A DNA stretch of 64,000 bases, from NCBI GenBank assembly GCA_003427395.1, contig BFEA01000032.1, forward strand, positions 1,983,264 to 2,047,263, written 5' to 3'. The stretch is from Chara braunii. Taxonomy: Eukaryota; Plantae; Charophyceae. The position numbers and the translations under genes were made by a program. Below the pieces are notes generated by a model. That model was not told where the DNA came from and searched no databases. It saw only the letters and a list, made by a program, of their open reading frames with translations. Below are positions 37,023 through 47,456 of the stretch, one piece after another; the stretch's first letter is position 1, and each line of letters opens with the position of its first letter.

Positions 37023-37102
37023 TCTAAAAACCAACTCCTGCGTGACGCGGCCGGGAGGGTCCCGCGCTGCCCCCGTGCGGTGCCGGATCGATGCGCCCGA
37101 CA
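37023..37102 (+). mobile_element. 3' end of an LTR (type X), directly followed by a PBS
   Basis: Ends ...CGCCCGACA two nt before a PBS. Shares TCCTGCGTGAC near its end with the 38188-39620 LTR. The 5' start was not identified (assembly gap upstream). Confidence 0.75.
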
Positions 37103-37104
37103 GG

Positions 37105-37122
37105 TGGCGCCGCTGCCGGGGA
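37105..37122 (+). promoter_or_regulatory. Primer-binding site, tRNA-Asp type
   Basis: TGGCGCCGCTGCCGGGGA, one mismatch from TGGCGCCGTTGCCGGGGA used by Athila-like Gypsy elements. Confidence 0.85.
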
Positions 37123-37370
37123 TAGCGGAAAGCCTACCGTTGTCCCTGGTGGAACGACATCCGGGTATGAGAAGTGAATAAGAAAAGGGATAAAGGAGTG
37201 ATGAGAAGGTAGTGAAGCAATATATGAATGACTAAGTGTAGGTGAGGAAATTTACCTACCCAAGTAGAGGAAGTATGAGGGACGATCGTGTTAACATTGG
37301 GTAAAGTAAGTACTAAGGGTTAGGTAGGACGGATGGAATAGACCGATCAAGGTATAGTGTGGCAGCCAAC

Positions 37371-37997
37371 TACACCATGGCCGCGCACCCCCAGGCAAAT
37401 GCTCCCGTAGAGAGAGGACATAGTACCATTACGAATCTCCTGGCCAAATGGACTTAAGGTAGGCGTAATCAATGGCCAAGATACCTAAGGGCGGCTTTCT
37501 TTGTCGAGAACATTACAGCAAAGAGATCCACCAAGTACACACCTGCGACACTGTGGTACGGAAGGCATGCCACCTTCCCTATCGAAAGCTTTCTTAAGAC
37601 ATGGAGGCACCAGGATCTAGAAGTTAACCTGTCATTTGAAGAGTTGCTCAATATTCGGGCGCGGCAGGTTGGGGCGATAGAAGAAAGGATCCAGGAGGCA
37701 TCTGATCAGGTGGCGAGAAGCCGTATGAATGATAAGGCTCGAAGGGATCAGTCTACGCGAGTGAGGAAAGTACCCTTGGCAGTCGGGGATGTCGTGCTTC
37801 TCTACGATACATCGTTAGAGAAGCAGTGGTCCAGGAAGCTCAATAAGAGGTGGTTAGGTCCCTACCGAATCGCACGGGTCGGAGACTTCGGAGCGTACCA
37901 GATCGAGGAGTTAAATGAGACTGAGTGGAGGGATTGGGTATCTGGAACGCGACTGAAGAAATTTGTGGCGAGAGAAGAGGTAAGAGAGATGACCTGA
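37371..37997 (+). pseudogene. Ty3/Gypsy integrase C-terminal remnant
   Basis: One frame reads AHPQANAPVERGHSTITNLLAKWT*GRRNQWPRYL...TKYTPATLWYGR...VGDVVLL...KLNKRWLGPYRI (catalytic E motif and GPY/F motif). One in-frame stop at ~37455. gag, PR, RT and RH are missing between the PBS and here. Confidence 0.9.
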
Positions 37998-38169
37998 CCG
38001 CCTTTAGAATAGAAGTAACAGGGTGTGTAGGTTAGGTAGGATGCATGCTGCACGAGTATGGTCTGGTCTGAGCTTGCTNTGATTATCACCTGCTTGCTTA
38101 CCTCAATGTGTGCCTGTTGTCTCCTTCGCCTGTTGTGCAGGTCTGACTTTACGAAGACAGACATGGTAC

Positions 38170-38187
38170 AGGGGGCAGAGAAGGGGG
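38170..38187 (+). promoter_or_regulatory. Polypurine tract
   Basis: AGGGGGCAGAGAAGGGGG immediately before TG at the LTR start; identical copy at 47439-47456. Confidence 0.8.
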
Positions 38188-39620
38188 TGAAGGGCACCAC
38201 ATATGACAGGATTGCCGACTACATATTTCGCAGGGAGAGTTATTGGAGGGATAATTGGCTACATGTGGTGTTTCCTCGCGTACCTTCAGCACCTGGGGGT
38301 GTACTCTTCGACTTTGATGGGTGTAACCCCAAGCCCCTCAGTGAGTCTCGCAGCAAGGAGAAGAGGTGGAAGGACAACCGGATGAGAAGGGAGATAGCCA
38401 GATCCGGGGTCCCGATCACTACATGCGTACAGAGATCGGAGACGGACGAGTCCGACCAGGAGCCCTGTTGCGTGAGCGACGTTGATCTTGGCGACTACTT
38501 CGACTGGGACACTCACAGGGACTGATTCCGTGGACAGTAGCAGGAGCGCTGGAGACCAGTGAGCGGAGACGACGGAGAGCAACTTTGAGGAGGATTGCAT
38601 ATCTTCTTGCACGATATCTGCTCGAGGGCGACTGACTTCTACATGTCAGACGCCCCCAGGACCGACGTGGTTATTGGTCCCCCAAGAGGGGAAGGTCCGG
38701 TCCTATATCTCGGAGATGGCTATAGTCATTTGGTCGGGGCTGACTTTGCTATGCAGGCTTTTCGGAAGCCTCTTTACAGAGATCGTTTCCTTGAGGTTTC
38801 TTATGTCTACGCTGACAGGAGAGGACGGATTGAGATATTGATTGGAATTACAGACAATATTACCCTTGCAGAGGAGCTTTACCTCAGGAGCGTTGCGGAC
38901 GAGGAGATGGCTAAGTGCATGACCTATATCTGCAAGATTGATCCAGCAGCGCCTCTTGATATCAACTATGTGGCACCAGAGTCGATAGCCACACGGCTTC
39001 TCAATGACGAGGAGGACCAGCGAGTACCAGATATGGAGTTCCAGACAGCAGTAATTACTCACGAGGGGGTACCACTTATCATCATTGATTGAGGTTCTCT
39101 CTTTTCAGTCACTATGATGTATTACGACATTATTATTATTTATTAGAGAGTGCAGCCCTTCGATGGCTGCTCCCTACATACACTGTGTACTAATCTTCTG
39201 TCTCGTATCTCTGGTCATGCTCTTGCAGAGTCTTGTTTCTGGTCTTCTCATTTTGTCAATGTCAATTTCTGTATGGTGTATGTATGTTATTTTCCTCCTT
39301 ATGATACACATGTTACACTCAAGGCAGCTTGAAGGACTCCTGGATGATAGGGACTCTGGTGACCTTGAATCTAACCTTTATACGGGATCAGGTGCAGGCG
39401 ATAAACCCGAACGCCTCACTCTAAATCGTGTCACCGCTGGAAGGAGAGATCACCCTGACTACTCGGCTGTATAACTAAGCGTGACAAAGACTGCCTCTGA
39501 ATACACTTTTATTTTATACCTATCAAAATCCTGCGTGACAGCTTGCCAGTCCACCAACCCACTGAGCCCGGTCCGGGGAAGAACATCTAACCACACCCTT
39601 GAAGCAGTGGGGGCGCGACA
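38188..39620 (+). repeat. LTR (type Y), copy 1
   Basis: TGAAGGGCACCAC...GTGGGGGCGCGACA; preceded by a PPT and followed by a PBS. Confidence 0.88.
38643..39092 (+). CDS. Hypothetical ~149-aa protein encoded within the LTR
   Basis: Open in both LTR copies (also 47912-48361) despite about 20 aa substitutions. Globular-looking composition; no motif recognised. Confidence 0.4.
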   Translation: MSDAPRTDVVIGPPRGEGPVLYLGDGYSHLVGADFAMQAFRKPLYRDRFLEVSYVYADRRGRIEILIGITDNITLAEELYLRSVADEEMAKCMTYICKIDPAAPLDINYVAPESIATRLLNDEEDQRVPDMEFQTAVITHEGVPLIIID

Positions 39621-39624
39621 AAAA

Positions 39625-39642
39625 TGGCGCCGTTGCCGGGGA
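39625..39642 (+). promoter_or_regulatory. Primer-binding site, tRNA-Asp
   Basis: Exact TGGCGCCGTTGCCGGGGA, 4 nt after the LTR end. Confidence 0.92.
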
Positions 39643-39878
39643 CTCAAAAATCTTGAGTTCCTGGGAGCGGACCTTGGTCACAATATTTTGTGACTAGGCA
39701 GCAGTCTAGCATACTTCGCATAAGGTCTGGCTTAGATCAGAAAGACTTTCGGCTAGAGGAGCCCCGAGAGGAGGGACCTTTTGCAGAAGTCTATCTGAAG
39801 TGGTTCAGACGTGCAAACAAGGGTTTGGAATTTGTTTTTTGGACTCTTCGCTTGAGAAGTCCAAAAGTCAAAAACCAG

Positions 39879-40277
39879 ATGATGAGTGAAGATTATAACG
39901 TTCTAGAAGCCCTAACTCGTGTCACCTTCGGTGGTGCCTTCCCTTATATGTTTGTCAAATGCATTACTTGTGTAAAAAGTACGACAACTGTGCATGTGCT
40001 TGTCTCTAGATTCCTTGACACTGATGATTATGATATTCGACCCTACATCCTAGAAGGGGCTGATCAGGACCCTAGCTTCTTTACCAACTAGGATGTCATA
40101 GTGGAGTGTGTCAAAGTCGAGAGGGATCAGTTGAGACAGCAAGGGATAGAAGCGAATTGGAGCTTACTGCCTAGGATTTATGAGAAGATTCCTACCCCGC
40201 CAGTACCTAAAGGGTTCTGCGATCGTAGAAACTGGCAGCCAATCATCAATGCAGCACTGAGGAGGCAAACTTGGTAA
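39879..40277 (+). pseudogene. Small ORF paralog A (~132 codons, one internal TAG), unknown function
   Basis: MMSEDYNVLEALTRVTFGGAFPYMFVKCITC...VLVSRFLDTDDYDIRPY...N*DV...LRQQGIEANWSLLPR...PPVPKGFC..NWQPIINAALRRQTW*; aligns end to end with paralog B. Confidence 0.7.
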
Positions 40278-40284
40278 GTAGTCG

Positions 40285-40680
40285 ATGTCGACAATTACGA
40301 AAGCGATAGAGGCGCTGACAAGGATCACGGCTGGGAGTGTCTTCCCGTACGTCATTGAGAGGTGTGTGACTTGTGAGCACGAATCAGTGATCTTGTACGT
40401 CCTTGTAGCTCGGTTTTTTGATACGGATGAATATGATGTGAGGTCATACGTAGCTACTGAGACAAGGAGAGGGATCGATTATGAAGCATGTTGGATAGGT
40501 GCTGCTAAGTAGGTTCTCAATGAAAGGTTGTTGCTGAGACAACAAGGGAAGAAAGTAACTTGGAGTGTCCTGCCTAGAGAATTTGAGAGATTCCCAAGTC
40601 CGCCTGTGTCCGCTAGTTTCTGCAAGGGAAAGGACTGTGGACCAATCCTCAACGCGGTACTTAGGGACCGAGTGTGGTGA
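40285..40680 (+). pseudogene. Small ORF paralog B (~131 codons, one internal TAG), unknown function
   Basis: MSTITKAIEALTRITAGSVFPYVIERCVTC...VLVARFFDTDEYDVRSY...K*VL...LRQQGKKVTWSVLPR...PPVSASFC..DCGPILNAVLRDRVW*; starts 7 nt after the stop of paralog A. Confidence 0.7.
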
Positions 40681-41039
40681 GTCATCCCAAGAGATGTCTA
40701 CATTCCTGATGACGGAGAGAGCTTTTGCTTCGAGGTCTATCTAGATGAGCAACGAGCGACTGTCGTCGGGGCCGTGAGAGGATGCGACACTAGACTGGGT
40801 AGGCATGATGAGATTGGCATGGTAGAACACTACCTTGGGCTTATGCAGGCGGCTGCTTTTAGAGCAATTACGGGTCAGACTAAGATTAGGCATACGCTGG
40901 ATTGCAAGAGTTCAGATGGCAGGACGGTGATGCTACATGCGAGAGATGAGACCATCCTACCTAGACAGCGCTCTGCAGACAGTCTGGCTAGAGGCGCTAG
41001 AAGCAGCCCAAGGGAATGCTACTGGAATAAGAAAACTAT

Positions 41040-41342
41040 ATGTCAATAGCGACTGTGACCATTGGTAGAGGATGGTTAGATAAAGTAACTTAGACTGACA
41101 GTCCATTCGAGATATTGAGACACGACGTCTGTAAGGAAGGGCGTTTAGTATTTTATGTTCCAGTAGTCAGATTTCCAAAAACCAACGAGCTTGACGTGAG
41201 GGTTTATGCTCCCACCAGGGCGAGCGGGGGCACTCTCGGAAGGCCGAAAGGTAAGACTCTGAGAGTGAGTGAGGAAGGGGTGTCGGCAAGGGTCTTTAAG
41301 AGAGATCCTTTTTCTCGTCTTTTTTTTTTAGGCATGACTTGA
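41040..41342 (+). pseudogene. Small ORF paralog D (more diverged)
   Basis: MSIATVTIGRGWLDKVT*TDSPFEILRHDVCKEGRLVFYVPVVRFPKTNELDVRVY shares C..V.V.RF..T...DVR.Y with paralogs A and B. Confidence 0.5.
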
Positions 41343-42984
41343 CATCTGTTTTGCAGGTATCCTACAGCCAGACGAAGACAACGGGGTTTGGTATGACCCG
41401 ACAGTAAGCGGCACAGAGCCGACAGACAGAGAGAAAGGCCCCCTTATGAGGCAGCCTTCGGTGTAGATGACCTGGATGATCCTGGATTCAATGATTGGTC
41501 CCATATCCGTCCGTGGCTAAGATATTGATGAGGATTATGTTATACGGATGGGCAGTATAGATGAGATGGACTGATCCAATGATGATGAGATATGCGAGAC
41601 AGGGTTGAGATTTGGACTGATAGACCAGACCTAACGATGGGGTCGGGTGCAAGATTGAGGCTGATTCAGAGATGCAAGGGAACGGGATTGTTAGTATGAT
41701 TGGGCTGCATGAGCAGTCATGATACCTGTGTGCGGTGACTGCACCACGCAAGTTTGATAAGGTTAATTCCTTCTTGATTTTGATGGTGGCTTGGACCAGT
41801 GGTCCATGCCTTATTGAGTGAGCACTCAAGCCCTAGCGGGCGAGCACCCTGATGATTGGGGATATATTTTATATGATACCTCTATATATCAGATAGCATA
41901 CAAGGCCGCATAGCTCAAGTTGACATATGAAGAACAGCGCGAGTATGACGCACAAACGATGGCCGGGCGGCGCAGCCTGGTGGGCGACAGGCGGTTCTGG
42001 TGCACGTGGCAACGGCGGTGGCGCAGGGCAAGGCGGCTGTGGCAGGACGGTCAGCTGGCGAGGATGAGGTTGAGCAGAGGAAGAAGGATGGTATGGCGAA
42101 GGGTATGATCGAGAGGGCGGCTCGAAGCGTGGAGGCAGACTGTCGTAGCGGTACTCGTATTTATACGTATAGTACATCATCGACCTCGGCGATGGCGTGC
42201 ACTCGCGCCAGTCCTCTTAGCGATGGCGCAAGCGCATTCCTTCCCATCTCTCCTCCTCCTCCTCTTCGGATCTCACCCCCTCGTACGTCATATCGATTGG
42301 TCGATCAAGCGCCTTTCCCTGCCGGCCTCCTCTCCCACGTCCAGCGCTCGAGCCTCGCGTTTTTGGCGCCATGGCAAAAGCTGATTAGCTGCGCGAAAGT
42401 AAGTGCTAGTGCGACAAGAGCACAAGCAAGTCAAGAGCGATGAAAGCAGCGGTAGTAGCAAGAGCGTAATAGCGCTGCACATTTGATGATGCGACTCGAG
42501 TATGAATAATGAGAGTGAGTAAGCTATTAGGCTCCTTATAGTGGCCAGAACCTGGCGAGGACGCCAAAAATGGGGTTTGGTATGGTTGTCGAAAAACGAT
42601 GCGGCGCAGCGGCAAAAGTTAACTCGGCGCAGTCAACCTCCGCGCTGCGTCAAAACTGCGCCTAGGGACGTCCACAGCCACTGTCAAATTGGGCCCTAAC
42701 GTATCGGTTAGATTTTCCCTGGGCCGAAACCGAGGAAAAGACGGCACTGCGGTACGGTCCTCCGGAGACCAAATCGTCCCCGTTGGACTGGACCGTTGCG
42801 ACCGCAAAAGGCCAATTAGTGGTGTCCGGTCCAAACGACACTCGAAATGGACTAAGGGTTGGTGAGATAATCAACTTTGACCGACCGAGACTGGACCGAC
42901 ACGGCCTTGTAACCTGGCCAGAAAAGGAACAGCCCTTAACAGTCATATAGATGAACAGCCAGACCCTAGTAATTAAGATAGGGT

Positions 42985-43400
42985 CACGTGCTATTTTTGG
43001 CACGGGACTGACTGTTCGTCTCCCGAAGTCGGGCCTGCGCCAGTACTGTGCTAAAATTAGCACAATCCCACGCTGTTTCTAGCGTGGGACTGACTGTTCG
43101 TCTACCGGGGACTGGGCCTACGCCAGTCCCGTGATAAAATTGGCACAGTCCCATGATATTTTTAGCGTGGAACTGACTGTTCGTCTACCTGGGACTGGGC
43201 CGGCGCCAGTCCCGTGCTAAAATTAACACAGTCCCACGCTATTTCTAGCGTGGGACTGACTGTTCGTCTACCGGGGACTGGGCCTGCGCCAGTCTCGTGC
43301 TAAAATTAGCACAGTCCCACGCTATTTTTAGCGTGGGACTGACTGTTCGTCTGCTGGGGGCTGACCGTTCATATCCCAAGGTCAGGACTGCTGCTATTTT
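42985..43400. repeat. 83-bp tandem array (~5 units) of self-complementary units
   Basis: TAGCGTGGGACTG-ACTGTTCGTCTACCG-GGGACTGG-GCCTGCG-CCAGTCCC-GTGCTAAAATTAGCAC-AGTCCCACGCTA. Confidence 0.92.
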
Positions 43401-44764
43401 TAGCTCAGGCCCGGTCTAAAGTTTGACCACAGCCCCGACCATGGGACTGCAGCACTCAGCCCCGATCACCTGGCCTCTCCATTATAAAAGAGAGGCCACG
43501 TCACCCAACAGATCAGATCAGGCAGACCGAGAGGATGCTCAAGGAGCGGAAGGCACGAGCCAAAGAGCAGCGACGTGCCATCTGGGGCAAGAGATAGCAC
43601 CTTGAAGTGCAGGCGCCCTGGCGGAGCGGCGAGGTGAAGCTGGGACCAGAGCCGCAGCGTTGAGACAAGTGGGAGAAGCAAGCTGGGCAAGGTTGAGGCA
43701 AGTAAAGGGAGGTAAGGAAGGGGGTGGGCTGCACTGGGTAGGTGTGGTGGCCGGGGTTCTCACTTGGGTCACGACCATCCTTCTGCAATCTCCTCTCACC
43801 CGCTCTCCTCTTCTTCCCTCGTTTTTCGCCTCCCTGATTGCCGCTCCCCCGCCTTCCTTCCTTTTTTCCCACCTCCTCGCTTATCATCCTTCGGCCGCCC
43901 CCGCTGGTTGACTATACAGCTCACTAAGACCTGCGTGCGCGGCCGCTTGTGCTTCCAATAAGAACTGTGAATTGACTTATGCGGTGCACCATACCCAAGC
44001 TAATGGCCATCTCTTGAAGATCCAAACAAGTATAGCCACGCACGATGACGTGTGGTAAGCCTGGGCCCATAGCTTCAGCCAGTGGTTCGGGAATGCCCTT
44101 GCACTCGCTACCTGTTGACTGAGAAGTGGTTGAAAAACGCCCATGCGCTCACTGCTATTGATCGAGAAGTGATCGAAGAGTGTCCTTGCACTCGCTGCCT
44201 GTTGGAGAGCACATTTGCGTTTGCACCCTGCTAATTTACAAAAAATTGTGTTGATCGATTTGAGGGGAGTGCACTCCTGCGAATACTGATGATCGGGTTG
44301 AGTAGGAGCTCATTACCGCATGCGCCCACGCGCGCTACTCCCTCTAGGAATTTATGGATTCTTGTTCACTGTTGACTGGCTTAGGCCACTAGGCAGCCCT
44401 ATGCATGACATGCGCAGATCTGCCATTTGTTCTGCAGGTGCAGTTTGGCAAGGATATGATCTGTCACGTGGCAGACTAGCGCAACTCGGCAGCCTGGCGC
44501 AACATTGATATGTGTTGATCAGTCACCTGTCAGGCCTGTGCAGCATGGCATGAATCTGACAATTCGGCTCAGCCTGGCATGATTCGAGTCTGCCACTAGA
44601 TACGCTGATGCACCTTGATTATCCACTTGGCTGGTCTGCGCAGCTCGATAAGATTATGCTTAGCCACTTCGCAAGTCAGCGTAGGTAGCCCTCAACCGCT
44701 GAGTACGGCGAGAGTTTATTCTTTTTTTTTTTTTATTTCATCATATGCTTTTATTCCTTAATCA

Positions 44765-45690
44765 GCCCCTTTGACTTGGCTAACCGCAGCGGTGCTCTGG
44801 CCCTAAGTAAAGGCAGAGAGCAGCACACCGTTGCTGTTCTCACTAGCAATTATTCGTTAATCAGCCTTTTGATTTGGCTAACCGCAGTGGTGCTCTGGCC
44901 TAAGTGAAGACCGAGAGCGGCACGCCGCTGCTGTTCTCACTAGCAATTATTTGTTAATCATCCTTTTGACTTGGCTAACCGCAGCGGTGCTCTCGCCCTA
45001 AGTGAAGGCCGAGAGCGGCACGGCGCTACCGTTCTCACTAGTAATTATTCGTTAATCAACCTTGATTGGTCGATCACAACAGTGCTCTGGCCCTAAGTGA
45101 AGGCCGAGAACGGCACACCGCTGCCGTTCTCATTAGCATCTATTCTTTAATCGGTTTTTTGACTGGCAGATCGCAACGGTGCTATGGCCCTAAGTGAAGG
45201 CCGAGACTGGCACACTGCTTGCCATTCTCATATGCATTTGTTTATTCAGCCTTTGAATGGCTGATCGTGGTTGTGCTCTGACCCTAAGTGAAGGTCAAGA
45301 ATGACACACCGATGCTGCGTTCACTGACATTTATTTATCAGTCTGTGATTGGCTGATTACGGCAGTGCTCTGGCCTTAAGTGAAGTGATACATCGCTGCC
45401 ATTCTCAGAAGTATTCATTTTCAGCCTTGATTGGCTGATCGCACGCACCTAAGGGCAACGGTGCTGTGGCCCTAAGTGAAGGCCAAAAACGGCACATTGC
45501 TGATATTCTCATTAACGAATAATTTATCATTTTTATTGGTTGATCATGCACGTTGTGGACAGCCGTGCCCTGACCCTAAGTGAAGGCTAAGCGGAGCGCT
45601 CGACCGCCTGGTGCAGCAAGTGATTATCGCATGACCAGCAATCTGCAGGCAGCAGCGCCTCAGTCGTAAGTGAAGTCCGAGTGTTGCCGC
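44765..45690. repeat. ~96-bp tandem array (~10 units), each with a CTAAGTGAA-loop hairpin
   Basis: GCAGCGGTGCTCTGGCC-CTAAGTGAA-GGCCGAGAGCGGCACRCCGCTGC repeated, with progressive divergence toward the 3' end. Confidence 0.9.
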
Positions 45691-45754
45691 ACATTGAGAG
45701 ATTTATTACTGCAGGTTGTTTGAGTGTGTGCGCAGTCTCAGTTTGACTGATAGA

Positions 45755-46545
45755 GTGCGCGCCAGAGCCTGATATTGTTATTTAAGTGTGCGTCAGTGTG
45801 CGCCCAGACTAGATATTGTTATTTAAGTGTGCGCCAGTGCGCGCCCAGACCAGATATTGTTATTTAAGTGTGCGTCTGTGCGCGCCCAGACCAGATATTG
45901 TTATTTATGTGTGCGCCAGTGCGCGCCCAGAACAGATATTGTTATTTAAGTGTGCACCAGTGCGCGCCCAGACCAGATATTGTGATTTAAGTGTGCGTCA
46001 GTGCGCGCTCAGACCAGATATTGTTATTTAAGTGTGCGCCAGTGAGTGCCCAGACCAAATATCGTTATTTGAGTGCGCGAGCATGCGCGTCCATGCTTGG
46101 CATCGCTTATTTTGAGTGCCCGCTCATACCCTATATTGTTTTCGGAGTACGCGCCCATGCGCGGCCAAGCTTGGCATTGCAGTTAGAGCGCGCGCCCATG
46201 CGCGCCCAAGCTTGGCATTGCAGTTAGAGTGCGCGCCCATGCGCGCCCAAGTTTGGCATTGCAGTTAGAGTGCACGCCCGTGCGTGCCCAAGACGGGAAT
46301 TGTTGTGAGAGTGCGAGCTCGTGCGCGTCCAAGCTTGGCATTGTTGTTAGGGTGTGCGCCCGTGCGCGCCTAAGCTTGGCATTACTGTTAAAGTGCGCGC
46401 CCATGCGCGCCTGAGCTTGACATTGCTGTCAGAGTGCGCACTCGTACGCGCCCGAGCTTGAAACTGTTATTAAAGTGCGCGCCAATGCGCGCCGAGGCTG
46501 GATATTGTCATTTGAGTGCGCGCCCATGCGCGCTCGAGCCTAGGA
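45755..46545. repeat. 38-41-bp tandem arrays (two related subtypes)
   Basis: CCAGATATTGTTATTTAAGTGTGCGCCAGTGCGCGCCCAGA about 8 times, then CCAAGCTTGGCATTGCAGTTAGAGTGCGCGCCCATGCGCGC-type units. Confidence 0.92.
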
Positions 46546-46782
46546 GTGCTATGATGATGTCAGAGCAAGTACTGTGATGATCTAGATGGGATGATTTGCC
46601 TTTACGCACCCGTCGATTTACTTCCTTGCTGATTAGTACCATGTCATGCACATGATACCTTCCCACGCGGGGAGCATTTGCAGTTCCGCCCCTTCACAGA
46701 CAACTTGGCTCAGTCCAGCCCCAGTACTTTCAGCATTTACGACTGGTCCCTGTACATGAGATGTTTTGCTGATCAGTTGCTG

Positions 46783-47220
46783 TTCAGTCGGGCCCCTTCA
46801 CGCAGGCCTACTTGAGATTGTTGTTATTTAGTCGGGCCCCTTCAGGCGGGCCTACTTGAGATTGTTGTTATTCAGTCGGGCCCCTTCAGGCGGGCCTACT
46901 TGAGATTGTTGTTCTTCAGTCGGGCCCCTTCAGGCGGGCCTACTTGAGATTGTTGTTGTTCAGCCGGGCCCCTTCAGGCGGGCCATCTTGAGATTGTTGT
47001 TGTTCAGCCGGGCCCCTTCAGGCGAGCCTACTTAAGATTGCTATTGATCAGCTGGGCCCTTTAAGGCGGGCCCATTCCCCAAGATTGCTGCAGTTCAGCC
47101 AGGCCCCTTCAAGCGGGCCCATTTCTTAACATCGTTGTTGTTTTAGCCGGGCCCCTTCACGCAGGCTCATTCTTTGAGGTTGTTTGTTCAACCGAGCTCG
47201 CTCGAGCGGGCATTTGCATT
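46783..47220. repeat. 44-bp tandem array (~10 units)
   Basis: TTCAGTCGGGCCCCTTCAGGCGGGCCTACTTGAGATTGTTGTTA at 46783, 46827, 46871 and onward. Confidence 0.93.
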
Positions 47221-47438
47221 GAGTTGCTGACTACTATCCATCCCGGTCTTGGAGGTAGCATCCGCACTAGTGAGAGTGCGCCTTCTGTTCAAGCTGGCCC
47301 GTCATCGTGAGACTGCCCCTACGTGGGGTAGACTGGTCGAGAGGCTCTGCTATCGACATATGGGACATCAGAGTTTTACCATCAGGGCCAGTGAGTCACC
47401 GACTTCGAGACATACGTTGGTGATTACCTATTCGGTAC

Positions 47439-47456
47439 AGGGGGCAGAGAAGGGGG
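47439..47456 (+). promoter_or_regulatory. Polypurine tract
   Basis: AGGGGGCAGAGAAGGGGG before the 3' LTR. Confidence 0.82.

Noticed and set aside
29347-37102. A single 7.7-kb LTR bounded by TGTCGG...CCGACA
   Set aside because: The 29347 end read on the minus strand resembles the 3' ends of the other LTRs, so it is better explained as a separate reverse-oriented LTR. No TSD or second copy supports one giant LTR.
38058-38525. 155-aa ORF as a real gene
   Set aside because: It crosses the PPT/LTR boundary and has different N-termini in the two copies. Conservation is explained by LTR identity.
41920-42443. Arg/Ala-rich ORFs inside the non-autonomous element
   Set aside because: GC-rich, low-complexity overlapping frames with no motif or paralog support.
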